Of a stretch of 64,000 bases of DNA, positions 9,453-19,164 are shown piece by piece. Origin of the DNA: Hyphomicrobiales bacterium. GTDB lineage: Bacteria; Pseudomonadota; Alphaproteobacteria; Rhizobiales; TMED25. The notes under the pieces were generated by a model. That model did not search any database. It was not told the DNA's origin and saw only the letters and a program-made list of their open reading frames with translations. The position numbers were made by a program, and so were the translations under genes. Positions within the stretch are counted from its first letter, which is position 1; each line of letters starts with the position of its first letter. The stretch lies in assembly GCA_038131735.1 (NCBI GenBank), contig JAYPPX010000001.1:384594-448593 (forward strand). The letters are read 5' to 3'.

Positions 9453-10499
9453 ATGTTGAATGATAAAACTAAAATCTTTGGTGTTTTGCTCATTTTACTC
9501 ATCGTAATCTTAGCGGTATTACAATATTTTAAATCCAGTACAGAAAACGCTTCAAATCCTATCGATAACGTACAAGAGATTTCACAATCAGAGGTTTATG
9601 TGGCTGAACAAGTCGATGAGATTAAAGACCAAACAACAGACATAGTCGAAGTACAAGAAGTAGAAGAAGTTGTAGAAGAAAACCTTGGTTCATTCGATGT
9701 TGTCCGCATTGATAGGGATGGGGTATCAGTACTTGCAGGTAGAGCACAGCCAAATCAAAAAATTAGAATTTATAATGAAGATAACCTTATTGGTGAAGGT
9801 GTATCAGATAGACTTGGACAATGGGTGATCACAATTGATGAAGAAATACCGAACGAAATACTGAATTTAAAGATCTCAACGACAAATGAAAACTCAGAAA
9901 TTGAGGTCTTTTCTGATCAAATTGTAACAATTATGCCAATTGAAAATCTAAATAACCCAATAGAACCTGATGTAACCGATGAAATTATTCTCTTAACACA
10001 AGAAAATGAGGCAAGTAGAATTCTATCTGATGATCCATCATTTCTTCAAGATGAGAGTGTTGTTAACATAAGAACTATTGATTATGACGAAGAAAAACTG
10101 ATCCTAAGCGGTAATGCAGAAGCAAATACCGAAGTTAATGCCTATATAGATAATAAATTTATTGGAAAGACATTATCTGATAATTTGGGTAAGTGGTCAT
10201 TAAACATAGATGAAAATATCATTCCTGGAGATTATGAAATAAGAGCAGATATGGTTGATGATCAAGATTTTGTTATCGCTCGAACATCAACAAAGTTTAC
10301 TCGGTTATTTGATGGAATAGATAATAGTTTGCAGTTAAATACTATAACAATCGAGCCGGGTGATAACCTTTGGAATATTTCAAGAAAGAAGTATGGCTCA
10401 GGTATGCAATATACCGTTATATACCTTGCAAACTCAAATCAGATTGTTAACCCTGACTTGATATTTCCTGGGCAGGTTCTAATGGTTCCGGGCTCTTAG
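9453..10499 (+). CDS. Membrane-anchored LysM (peptidoglycan-binding) domain protein
   Basis: An N-terminal TM helix (IFGVLLILLIVILAVLQYF), then an acidic linker. The C-terminal LysM is ITIEPGDNLWNISRKKYGSGMQYTVIYLANSNQIVNPDLIFPGQVLMVP. Confidence 0.8.
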   Translation: MLNDKTKIFGVLLILLIVILAVLQYFKSSTENASNPIDNVQEISQSEVYVAEQVDEIKDQTTDIVEVQEVEEVVEENLGSFDVVRIDRDGVSVLAGRAQPNQKIRIYNEDNLIGEGVSDRLGQWVITIDEEIPNEILNLKISTTNENSEIEVFSDQIVTIMPIENLNNPIEPDVTDEIILLTQENEASRILSDDPSFLQDESVVNIRTIDYDEEKLILSGNAEANTEVNAYIDNKFIGKTLSDNLGKWSLNIDENIIPGDYEIRADMVDDQDFVIARTSTKFTRLFDGIDNSLQLNTITIEPGDNLWNISRKKYGSGMQYTVIYLANSNQIVNPDLIFPGQVLMVPGS

Positions 10500-10875
10500 T
10501 TTTCAGTTTCTTTCTATTCTTAATCACATAAGGCATTACCAGCATTGTTGGTAATAGTAGTAATGTTAAAATTGTAGAGAAAGACAATCCAAAGATAATC
10601 GCTGTCGACATCTGTACCCACCATGATGATGTTATACCTCCAACAAGAATGTCTCTTCCTATGAAATCAAAAGTTACCTGCGTTGCCATTGGTATGAGAC
10701 CCATAATTGTAGTAATTGTTGTGAGCAGAATTGGTCTCAGCCTTTCACTAGCTGTTTGAACGACAGATCTTATTGGGTCCTTAAATTCTCTTAAATTTGA
10801 GTTGTATGTATCAATAAATACAATAGCGTTGTTTACCACAATACCCGCCAAGGCAACTATACCCGTTCCGGTCAT
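10447..10875 (-). CDS. RND efflux permease, C-terminal fragment (last TM helices), continuing the 10811..13594 ORF after a frameshift
   Basis: TGTGIVALAGIVVNNAIVFID and RLRPILLTTITTIMGLIPMA are AcrB-family C-terminal motifs. This frame is open upstream to 10917. Confidence 0.8.
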   Translation of the reverse strand: MTGTGIVALAGIVVNNAIVFIDTYNSNLREFKDPIRSVVQTASERLRPILLTTITTIMGLIPMATQVTFDFIGRDILVGGITSSWWVQMSTAIIFGLSFSTILTLLLLPTMLVMPYVIKNRKKLKTKSPEPLEPAQEISSQG

Positions 10876-13594
10876 GATGATAGAGAATGTTTGACCTGTT
10901 ATCAGAGATACCCAGCATTACACCAAATGCTGATAAGATTACTGTAAATAGAGTTAAAAATGTCTGATAAAAGCTATTAAACTGGGTAATTAGAATGATA
11001 AACATGAGTGCTAGAGCAGCAAGTGCGGCTTTTCCTAAGAAAGCACCAGCTTCTTTTTGCTCTTCATCAGCACCTCTAAATTTAAATTTAACATCATCAG
11101 GCCAATTTTGACTATCTAGCCACTGTTCTATTTCACTCACTTTTTGATCTGTATTAACACCATCCTCTGTATTTGCTTTTACAACAAATGCAAATTTGCC
11201 GTTTAATTTACTAATATTTGGTACAGAGTCACGATAGGTTTTGGTTATAATATTACTGATTGGAATCGAACCTTGTTGGGTTTCAATGTTCAGTTTATCT
11301 AATTGATCTATATTTCTATCTTCTTTTGGGAGTCTTGCTCGAATTTCTATTTCATCTTCTGAGTCATCAGGTCTAAAATTCCCAACTAGTATACCATTTG
11401 TAACTAGCCTTATTACAGAACCAATCGTATTTATATCTGTGTTGTAGATACCCGCTTTTTCTCTATCTACATCAACCGCCCATTCAACACCAGGTAATGG
11501 TCGTGTATCCTCAATATCTTTTATTCCATCAAGATCAGTCTCAAAGTAACTTCTTATGAGCTTTGTAGATTCATTTGCATTATTATAGTTTGTGGATGTG
11601 ATTTCAAGTCTAATATCTTTACCGGTTGGTGGACCACCTTCAATTTGCCTAATTTCAACATTGATACCCGCAATATCTTTAGTTCTATCAAGGATTTCTT
11701 CAAAAATAAATTTAGCTTTTCGACGTTTCTCAAAATCTTCTAATTCAATACTAATTTGGCCAATAGCATCTACTGGTTTATCTTGCTGATCGCCTGGATT
11801 ACCACCACCATCTAAACTTGATCTGGTATTTATATTTTGTATACCTGCAACTTGAAGTACTTCAGCTTCAACATCTTCAATCATGCTTTGCGTCTCATAA
11901 AGAGAGAGATTACCACGAGCTGAAATAAATATGACTGCTTCCTCTGGCTCCTGATCAACAAAATATTCGACACCATTATTGTATTTTGCATAACTACTAA
12001 AGATCAAATACCCAAGCAGTATTGCTGAAAACAGAACCATTAATGGTCTTTTAATTATGATTTCGATTAAGCGCGCATATAGTGATGGTTTATCATACTC
12101 AGTATCTGATATTTGATCGGAAGGACTTCTATGACCTCCCAAAGATCCAAGAACTGGGATAAATATTAGTGCAGTGGCAAGTGCAGCAGTCAATACAATT
12201 ATTACCATTGTTGGTAAATAACTCATGAATTGACCAGCTACACCCGGCCATAAAAGCATTGGTGTGAATGCAGCCAATGTAGTACCTGTAGAGGCTGCAA
12301 TTGGCCAAAACATTCTTTTTGATGCATTTAGAAAGGCTTCCTTGCGCGCAATACCTCTCTCTGTAAGTTTTTTGGAATATTCAACAATAACGATTGCACC
12401 ATCAACTAACATTCCAACAGTAAGAACTAAACCAAATAAAACCATTATATTTACAGTCATCCCAATTAAATTTATAACTAGGAAGCTTATCATAAATGTA
12501 ATTGGAATACTGAGCCCCACCAATATTGCAGGACCGATGCCAAGCACAGCGATAATAGTAATCATAACAAGAACAACTGCTGTTAGTATTGCAGCTTCAA
12601 GAGATTTTAGTACTTCAAATATATTTGTTGATTGATCAAATGAATAATCAACCTTAATGATGTCAGGCCAATCCTTAGTATATTCATCTACAACTGATCT
12701 AACATTTTTGTTGTTTTCAATAATATTAACTCCAAGTCTTTTTATTACATTTACAGAAATTGCCTGTTTACCGTTAAATTTACTAAAATCAGATTGATCT
12801 TCATAAGTTCTTTTTATCTCCGCAATCTCACCTAGAGTTATAATTATGTCCCCATTTCTTTTTACGGGGAGAGAATATACGTCATTTATAGTTTTAAATA
12901 ACCCTGGAACTTTTACATTGAATCGGCCATTATCACTTTCAACAGCCCCTGCTGATATGACTTTGTTGTTTTGATTAATCGCAGAAATTAGTTCTAAAGC
13001 TGTAAGATTATAGGATTCTAATTTTGTGGTATCAATTATGACTTCAACCATTTCATTTCTTGAACCAGATAAATCAGCACTGAGGACAGTATCAAGTTCT
13101 TCAATTTCATCTTGAAGTTCTTTTGCATATTTATTGAGTGTTCTTTCAGGAACATCACCGGATACAGTGACGACAATAGATGGTATAAGAGAAAAATTTA
13201 CCTCAGTAACTTTGGGCTCATTTGCTTCATCAGGCAGTTCGGATTCGACTTCTGAGAGTTTTGAACGGATGTCTGCAAGAGTTTTTTCATTATCAATCTT
13301 AATATCAAACTCAAGTATGACAGCTCCATAGTCTTCTGCACCAACAGATTGTATTTGTTTGAGCCCATCCATCCCCTTCAATTTATTTTCAAGAGGTCTT
13401 AAAATTAATCTTTCGGAGTCTTGTGAACTAATGCCAGGTTGAACAACTGATACATAAAAAACAGGAATATCAATATCTGGATTTGACTCTTTGGGTATGC
13501 TTATATATGAGTATATTCCACCAACAATCAGTGCAAATAGCAAAGTTAGAATAGTTCTGGGCTGCGCGTGCAGTAGGTCAATAAATTTATTCAT
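10811..13594 (-). CDS. RND (AcrB/HAE1-type) efflux permease, N-terminal fragment of about 900 aa (interrupted gene)
   Basis: A 927-aa ORF with AcrB architecture: TM1, a large periplasmic loop, TM2-7, a second loop and TM8-9. The last ~30 residues (SDNRSNILYHHDRNGYS...) are out-of-frame nonsense. Confidence 0.85.
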   Translation of the reverse strand: MNKFIDLLHAQPRTILTLLFALIVGGIYSYISIPKESNPDIDIPVFYVSVVQPGISSQDSERLILRPLENKLKGMDGLKQIQSVGAEDYGAVILEFDIKIDNEKTLADIRSKLSEVESELPDEANEPKVTEVNFSLIPSIVVTVSGDVPERTLNKYAKELQDEIEELDTVLSADLSGSRNEMVEVIIDTTKLESYNLTALELISAINQNNKVISAGAVESDNGRFNVKVPGLFKTINDVYSLPVKRNGDIIITLGEIAEIKRTYEDQSDFSKFNGKQAISVNVIKRLGVNIIENNKNVRSVVDEYTKDWPDIIKVDYSFDQSTNIFEVLKSLEAAILTAVVLVMITIIAVLGIGPAILVGLSIPITFMISFLVINLIGMTVNIMVLFGLVLTVGMLVDGAIVIVEYSKKLTERGIARKEAFLNASKRMFWPIAASTGTTLAAFTPMLLWPGVAGQFMSYLPTMVIIVLTAALATALIFIPVLGSLGGHRSPSDQISDTEYDKPSLYARLIEIIIKRPLMVLFSAILLGYLIFSSYAKYNNGVEYFVDQEPEEAVIFISARGNLSLYETQSMIEDVEAEVLQVAGIQNINTRSSLDGGGNPGDQQDKPVDAIGQISIELEDFEKRRKAKFIFEEILDRTKDIAGINVEIRQIEGGPPTGKDIRLEITSTNYNNANESTKLIRSYFETDLDGIKDIEDTRPLPGVEWAVDVDREKAGIYNTDINTIGSVIRLVTNGILVGNFRPDDSEDEIEIRARLPKEDRNIDQLDKLNIETQQGSIPISNIITKTYRDSVPNISKLNGKFAFVVKANTEDGVNTDQKVSEIEQWLDSQNWPDDVKFKFRGADEEQKEAGAFLGKAALAALALMFIILITQFNSFYQTFLTLFTVILSAFGVMLGISDNRSNILYHHDRNGYSCLGGYCGKQRYCIY

Positions 13595-14669
13595 AGTAGT
13601 TTATATTATCTATAACTGCATTTACTGTATCACCAGGTTTGACGTAGTCTTGTCCAACAGTGATTACTCTAATTGTTTCGGGTAAATTTGAGATATAGGC
13701 ACCTTTATTGTTAAGGTTGGTTACTTCAACTTCTATAAATTTTACCGTATTGTTGTCATCGATAATCTTGATGCCAATATTTCCATTATCACTCAAACTT
13801 AAAATAGAAGAGGGGATTAAATGAGCATTCAAAATATTATTATTTATGTATACTTCTGTGGTTGTACCAACTTTTATAGTATTCTTACTATTATCTACAG
13901 TAACCTCAGTTGAGAATGTTCGTGTATTAGGGTCAGCTACATTTGAAATGTAGGTCAGCAATCCATCAACAATTGAACCATCGATCAGTCTAACTTTTGC
14001 AGGCATTCCTTTGGTTAGTTTTGATACATTTTTTTCTGATACATTCCCAGAGACAATTATAATGTCTGTATTAACAAGAATAGCGCAAATGTTACCTATT
14101 GTAGCTAATTCACCTACTTCAGGGATAATATCATCTATGGTACCATTAATGGGCGCAACTGTTTCTATACGTTCCACTTCAATTTGTGCACGTTTAAATG
14201 AAGCTCTGGCTTGTTCAAGATTAGATTTTTCAGATATTAGACTATTCTTTGAATTATAACCTGCTTTAACCAACTCCTCTCTACTGTCAAATTTTACTTG
14301 TGCATCGTCTAGTCTAGCCCTAGCTGAGTCGAATGTTTCAATTCTATCATCAGGTTCTAATTCGCATATAACACTACCTGAATTAATATATTCACCTTTT
14401 TTAGTGTGAATTTTTTTTATTGTTCCATTTGTTTCAAATCTTAATTCCAATAGATTATTTGGCTCAGTTTTGCCGATAATCTTAAAGGTATCATTGAAAT
14501 CTGATGATTTACTTTCAATGTATCTAACTGTGAAGTCTTCTTGTACTTCGTCGACTACGTCTGCTGGTGCTTCGGATGTTTGAGATGGCTTTGTAAAATA
14601 TCCAGAGCCAACCCACAATGCAGTAATAATTATAATAGCTAAAGCTGTGATAAGTGATCTAATTTTCAT
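13587..14669 (-). CDS. RND efflux membrane-fusion (periplasmic adaptor) protein, HlyD/AcrA family
   Basis: An N-terminal anchor (ITALAIIIITALWVGSG), a lipoyl/beta-barrel pattern and a coiled-coil hairpin. It overlaps the RND start by 8 nt. Confidence 0.85.
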   Translation of the reverse strand: MKIRSLITALAIIIITALWVGSGYFTKPSQTSEAPADVVDEVQEDFTVRYIESKSSDFNDTFKIIGKTEPNNLLELRFETNGTIKKIHTKKGEYINSGSVICELEPDDRIETFDSARARLDDAQVKFDSREELVKAGYNSKNSLISEKSNLEQARASFKRAQIEVERIETVAPINGTIDDIIPEVGELATIGNICAILVNTDIIIVSGNVSEKNVSKLTKGMPAKVRLIDGSIVDGLLTYISNVADPNTRTFSTEVTVDNSKNTIKVGTTTEVYINNNILNAHLIPSSILSLSDNGNIGIKIIDDNNTVKFIEVEVTNLNNKGAYISNLPETIRVITVGQDYVKPGDTVNAVIDNINYYE

Positions 14670-14745
14670 TATGTTTTGATATTTAATAAATTTATTTTTA
14701 ACGTATGTTTATTTAACGTCTGTGTGTTGCTGTTTGGTTTAAATT

Positions 14746-15585
14746 TTATCTAATATAATTTGATAAAAACCTGATTGAGCTTTTTCTCTCTCTTGGTAAA
14801 TGTTTGTTAAAATATACATTTATTATTTGAAAAATCAATATGATTAAAAGTGTAATAGAAATAAAGTATGCGGCAATTATTGGATAGGGGATGAACGGAT
14901 TGAAAGTTTTGTCTGCAAAATAACTTGCATAGTAGAGTGCATCACCCGATTGCCTCCATGCTGGAAAGCTACTAAAAAACACAAGCGTCGTTGCATGAAA
15001 TAAGAAAATAGCTTCATTTGTATATGATGCCCAAGAATTTCTCAGCATTGTTGGGACTATTATCTTTCTGTATTTTCTCAAGTTAGATAGACCAAAAGCG
15101 TTTGCAGCATCAATGTCTTGTTTTGGTATTGACTTTAATGCCCCATAGAATATTTCTGAACTATACGCTGTAGTATTCAAAAACAGGACAATTACTGCTC
15201 CTAACCAAGCTTTTGTGAGCCAGCTTGTTTGAAATGTTACTGTTGTAAAAATTAAATTAATATCAATACCCATTTTGGGTAATAGTACGAATAATTCATA
15301 AGCACAAAAGAATTGTATAAATAACGGAGAGCCTCTAAACACGAAGACATAAATTTCGACTGCCTTTGATACGAAAGGATATTTATTATTTCTTATTATT
15401 GCAGTCGAAATGGCAAAAATAAAGCCAAGAGACAAGGCAATAATACAAAAATATATATTCCAAATTATACCGCTACCAATTAAGACAAACTGATCACATA
15501 GGGTTATATCACTCTTTGGTAATAGTTTCTCACCAATACCTATCGATCTTAAAGAATATAATTGAATTGTATTTTCACAGATCAT
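14746..15585 (-). CDS. Polar amino-acid/opine ABC transporter permease (HisM/OccM-like)
   Basis: Multi-TM protein with an EAA-like loop (AANAFGLSNLRKYRKIIVP). It sits in an operon with a HisP-like ATPase and a family-3 binding protein. Confidence 0.85.
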   Translation of the reverse strand: MICENTIQLYSLRSIGIGEKLLPKSDITLCDQFVLIGSGIIWNIYFCIIALSLGFIFAISTAIIRNNKYPFVSKAVEIYVFVFRGSPLFIQFFCAYELFVLLPKMGIDINLIFTTVTFQTSWLTKAWLGAVIVLFLNTTAYSSEIFYGALKSIPKQDIDAANAFGLSNLRKYRKIIVPTMLRNSWASYTNEAIFLFHATTLVFFSSFPAWRQSGDALYYASYFADKTFNPFIPYPIIAAYFISITLLIILIFQIINVYFNKHLPRERKSSIRFLSNYIR

Positions 15586-15594
15586 GGTTGACCC

Positions 15595-16437
15595 TTAAAT
15601 TGGCAAATAAAATTTTTTGGAAACGCGATTAAGAGCGATCTCACTAATTTTTGTAAGGAGTAGGTAAAATACTAACAAGGATAGGAAATACCAAACTCTC
15701 CAATCTGGATGCGGATATTGGAATATAGATGTTTTTGAGCCACCAAGCTCTCTTGCCCAAAATACTATATCCTGAATCCCTAATAAAAAAAGTAAAGGGG
15801 TTGATTTTATTAATAACATCCAAAGATTTGATAACCCAGGTAGCGCGAACCTCCACATTTGCGGGAATATGATGCTAAAATAAATTTGTTTTTTATTCAT
15901 TCCAAAGGCTTTACCGGTATCAATCTGAGAACGAGGTACGGAATTCATTGCTCCATGGAATGTGTTTGCTGCGAATGCACCATACACAATTGTAAATGAC
16001 AATATTGCTAGAGAAAAACCATACATGTCATGTATCCATTGAGGGCTTGAGCTTAATGGTAGTTTTGCGGCACTACAAACAATAAAGTCATTGCCCTGCC
16101 AAACACTATCTATTATTTCGGGGCATTTAATCTTATGCCTTGTAAATTCAATTAATTGGTCAATTGTAATAGGAATAAATAAGAAGAAAATAATATCAGG
16201 TATTCCCCTTACAATATTGGCGTAAGTTTTACTAATAAGTCTCAGTAAAAAAAAATTTGATTTTATTGCTACTGCAGCTGCCAGACCCAACATTAAAGCC
16301 AGTGGTGCTGTAAGAACTAAAAGAAGAATGATTAGTCCAAAAGATTTATAAAATTGGATATGTTTCCCATTTGTGAGGTAACAACTGAACCAATCAAAGG
16401 TTGATAAGATACTTGGATCAGAGCAAAACTCAAACAT
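15595..16437 (-). CDS. Polar amino-acid/opine ABC transporter permease (HisQ/OccQ-like)
   Basis: Multi-TM protein with the EAA-like loop DTGKAFGMNKKQIYFSIIFPQ. Confidence 0.85.
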   Translation of the reverse strand: MFEFCSDPSILSTFDWFSCYLTNGKHIQFYKSFGLIILLLVLTAPLALMLGLAAAVAIKSNFFLLRLISKTYANIVRGIPDIIFFLFIPITIDQLIEFTRHKIKCPEIIDSVWQGNDFIVCSAAKLPLSSSPQWIHDMYGFSLAILSFTIVYGAFAANTFHGAMNSVPRSQIDTGKAFGMNKKQIYFSIIFPQMWRFALPGLSNLWMLLIKSTPLLFLLGIQDIVFWARELGGSKTSIFQYPHPDWRVWYFLSLLVFYLLLTKISEIALNRVSKKFYLPI

Positions 16438-16461
16438 GGGTCAACTTTTTTGATTTAATCT

Positions 16462-16481
16462 GGGAGGCCAAGAGGCCTCCC
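16462..16481 (-). promoter_or_regulatory. GC-rich intercistronic stem-loop (GGGAGGCC-AAGA-GGCCTCCC) between the binding-protein and permease genes
   Basis: A perfect 8-bp stem (7 G:C pairs) with a 4-nt loop, read directly. It sits in a 58-nt spacer within an otherwise AT-rich operon. No U-tract follows it on the transcribed (minus) strand. Confidence 0.55.
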
Positions 16482-16495
16482 AAAAAATTAATCTA

Positions 16496-17221
16496 TTAAT
16501 AAATAGATGCGTCCTCACCAAACCATTTTTTGATTAGGTCATTAAGACTTCCATCTTCTTTCATTGAGTCAATAGCAGCATTGAAAGTATCTTTTAAATC
16601 ACTGTCGGATTCTCTAATACCCATTCCAACACCACCGCCAATAAACACATCTTTACCGATGAATTTAAAGTCTCCATTTGACTCAGCAACAATAGGGGCT
16701 AAAAATGCTTTATCAGCCATAACAGCTTCCACTTCACCGTTTCTTAGAGCTGATATTGTTTCATCTGGTGTTGCAAATTCAACAAGTATTGCTCCTGACT
16801 CAGCTACATGGCTTGCTTGTATTGTTGATGTCTGAGCAGCAACTACGCCTATGTATGCAGCTTTGTTTCCATCGCCTGTCGTGATATAAGCTGATGGATC
16901 AGGTGGTAGATAATCTTGAGTGAAGTCAATTACCTCATCTCTTTCGTCAGTAATAGACATTCCAGCTATAATTGTATCATAGTTGCCAGATACTAGATTT
17001 GGAATTATTGAGTCCCAGTCATTTTGTACCCATTCACAGTCTAGTCCAGCTCTATCGCACAATTCATCACCAAGATCTCTTTCAAAACCGTCAATCTCTC
17101 CATTATCATTAATAAAGTTATATGGAGGATAAGCACCTTCAGTTCCCATTCTCACTGTATCAGCGTTCACAGGTGAATATATGAAGCCCAGAAGTAGTGC
17201 GCTTAATAATATTTTCTTCAT
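16496..17221 (-). CDS. Periplasmic polar amino-acid/opine binding protein (SBP family 3)
   Basis: Signal peptide MKKILLSALLLGFIYSPVNA, followed by a mature LAO/His/octopine-type fold pattern (GTEGAYPPYNF..., DTIIAGMSIT). Confidence 0.85.
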   Translation of the reverse strand: MKKILLSALLLGFIYSPVNADTVRMGTEGAYPPYNFINDNGEIDGFERDLGDELCDRAGLDCEWVQNDWDSIIPNLVSGNYDTIIAGMSITDERDEVIDFTQDYLPPDPSAYITTGDGNKAAYIGVVAAQTSTIQASHVAESGAILVEFATPDETISALRNGEVEAVMADKAFLAPIVAESNGDFKFIGKDVFIGGGVGMGIRESDSDLKDTFNAAIDSMKEDGSLNDLIKKWFGEDASIY

Positions 17222-17231
17222 AACATACCTC

Positions 17232-18008
17232 TTAAGTGTTACTAAAACTTACTGACTCCAGAAATTTCTTCAATCTATCAGTTTTAGTATTATTAAAAAT
17301 AACGTCAGGAGTACCTTTTTCAAGGATTATCCCTTCGTCCATGAATAGTATATAGTCAGATATTTCTTTTGCAAGTTTCATGTCATGAGTAACTAGAATC
17401 ATAGTTCTATCTTGGCTAGCTAATTTTTTTATAACTGAAACAACTTCGCTCTCTAATTCGGGGTCGAGAGCAGAAGTTGGTTCATCAAATAATATTATCT
17501 CTGGACTCATTGCGAGTGCTCGTGCAATTGCTGCACGTTGTTGTTGTCCGCCTGATAAGTTTGCTGGGTATTCTTTTAATTTATCTGATAATCCAACCTG
17601 TGTTAACATTTCAATTCCGAGCGCAGTTGCTTCAGATTTTTTCATTTTTAAGACAGAAATTGGGGCTTCAATGACATTTTGTAAAATGGTCATATGAGAC
17701 CATAGGTTGAATTGTTGGAATACCATAGATACTTTTTTTCTCAATTCGAGTATATTTTTTTTGTCGGTTTTATTATTTGTGTCTTGATCTTTGCTAACAA
17801 TAAGAGAGTCATTAAAAAAGATTTTACCTTGGTTAATTTCTTCTAGCTGATTGATGCATCTTAGGAGTGTTGATTTCCCCGATCCTGATGATCCAATGAT
17901 TGAGATTATTTGTCCTGTTTGTGCAGATAGATCAACACCTTTTAGGACGTCAAGTGAGCCATAGGACTTATGGATATTTATTAACTCAAGTGTATTTGTA
18001 ACAGCCAT
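17232..18008 (-). CDS. Polar amino-acid ABC transporter ATP-binding protein (HisP/OccP-like)
   Basis: Walker A GSSGSGKST, signature LSGGQQQR, Walker B ILFDEPTSALD, and the HisP-type insert before MVFQQFNLW. Confidence 0.9.
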   Translation of the reverse strand: MAVTNTLELINIHKSYGSLDVLKGVDLSAQTGQIISIIGSSGSGKSTLLRCINQLEEINQGKIFFNDSLIVSKDQDTNNKTDKKNILELRKKVSMVFQQFNLWSHMTILQNVIEAPISVLKMKKSEATALGIEMLTQVGLSDKLKEYPANLSGGQQQRAAIARALAMSPEIILFDEPTSALDPELESEVVSVIKKLASQDRTMILVTHDMKLAKEISDYILFMDEGIILEKGTPDVIFNNTKTDRLKKFLESVSFSNT

Positions 18009-18099
18009 ATTATCTTTTAAAACAAATAAATAATATGAATATTAAATATTACATCACTGATAAGGGCAAGATAAATAATAATGATAAATAGTTGGGATA

Positions 18100-19164
18100 C
18101 TATCTAAATAGATTGTTTATATTATCGATTTGATCATTCCCCGGGCACAAATCATCCATATCAAGTGCATTTAGAGGGGTTTCTGAGGTTTTTAATGTTT
18201 GATGTAAATCAGACTTGTTTGGGTCTATGTATAAAAGCCCTGTTGTTACTTTACCTTCAGCTCTATTTTCTCGTAATGTATTGATAACTTTGTGCTGATT
18301 GGTTGGGTCATGATCTTCTCCAAGCTTTTTGAAGTTGATTTCTCTTCCATTATGCAATTTTAATGAAATGGTTTCTCCTTCAGCATAGCTTGTATTGATT
18401 GTTTCCTCTTCTGGGACGAAATCTAAATCTCCGAAAATTGATCTATGCTCACGAATGTAATCATAACTTTTAGTTGAGTAGCCATGGTTATTAAATGTAA
18501 CACATGGAGAGATAACATCAATGAGTGCAAACCCATCATATTCAAGTGCAGCCTTTATTAATGGGACAAGCTGTTCTTTATCTCCTGAGAAACTTCTTGC
18601 AACAAATCCAGCTCCTAATTCTATAGCCATTATTGCTAGGTCTATAGAACCGAATGGGTTATCCATCCCTCTTTTGTTTTTTGAGTTTTTGTCGTTAGTT
18701 GCTGAAAATTGACCTTTTGTTAGACCATATGTGCCGTTATTTTCAACTATATAGGTTAGATTTAGCTGTCTACGGATTGCATGGCAATATTGGCCCAAGC
18801 CAATTGAAGCAGTATCACCATCACCTGACACACCAATATAAGTTAGATCTCTATTAGCCAGATTAGCGCCTGTTGCAACAGATGGCATTCTTCCATGAAC
18901 GGAATTAAAGCCATGAGCATTGTTTAAGAAATAGTTAGGTGTTTTTGATGAGCATCCTATACCAGATAGTTTTGCGATTTTATGAGCAGGTAGAGATAAC
19001 TCAAAGCAGGCGTCAATGATTGAGGCTGTTATAGAGTCATGACCACAACCAGCACATAGAGTGGATACGACTCCTTCATAGTCTCTGTAAGTAAGTCCTA
19101 TAGCATTCGTTGGAAGTGATGGATGTCTAAATATTGGTTTCTTAATAAATGTCATGTCATACAA
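18100..19164 (-). CDS. korB: 2-oxoacid:ferredoxin oxidoreductase, beta (TPP/[4Fe-4S]) subunit
   Basis: TLCAGCGHDS cysteine motif and the TPP-binding GVSGDGDTASIGLGQ...NNGTYGLTKGQ. It overlaps the alpha-subunit gene by 8 nt. Substrate (2-oxoglutarate or another 2-oxoacid) cannot be determined from the sequence. Confidence 0.85.
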   Translation of the reverse strand: MYDMTFIKKPIFRHPSLPTNAIGLTYRDYEGVVSTLCAGCGHDSITASIIDACFELSLPAHKIAKLSGIGCSSKTPNYFLNNAHGFNSVHGRMPSVATGANLANRDLTYIGVSGDGDTASIGLGQYCHAIRRQLNLTYIVENNGTYGLTKGQFSATNDKNSKNKRGMDNPFGSIDLAIMAIELGAGFVARSFSGDKEQLVPLIKAALEYDGFALIDVISPCVTFNNHGYSTKSYDYIREHRSIFGDLDFVPEEETINTSYAEGETISLKLHNGREINFKKLGEDHDPTNQHKVINTLRENRAEGKVTTGLLYIDPNKSDLHQTLKTSETPLNALDMDDLCPGNDQIDNINNLFR

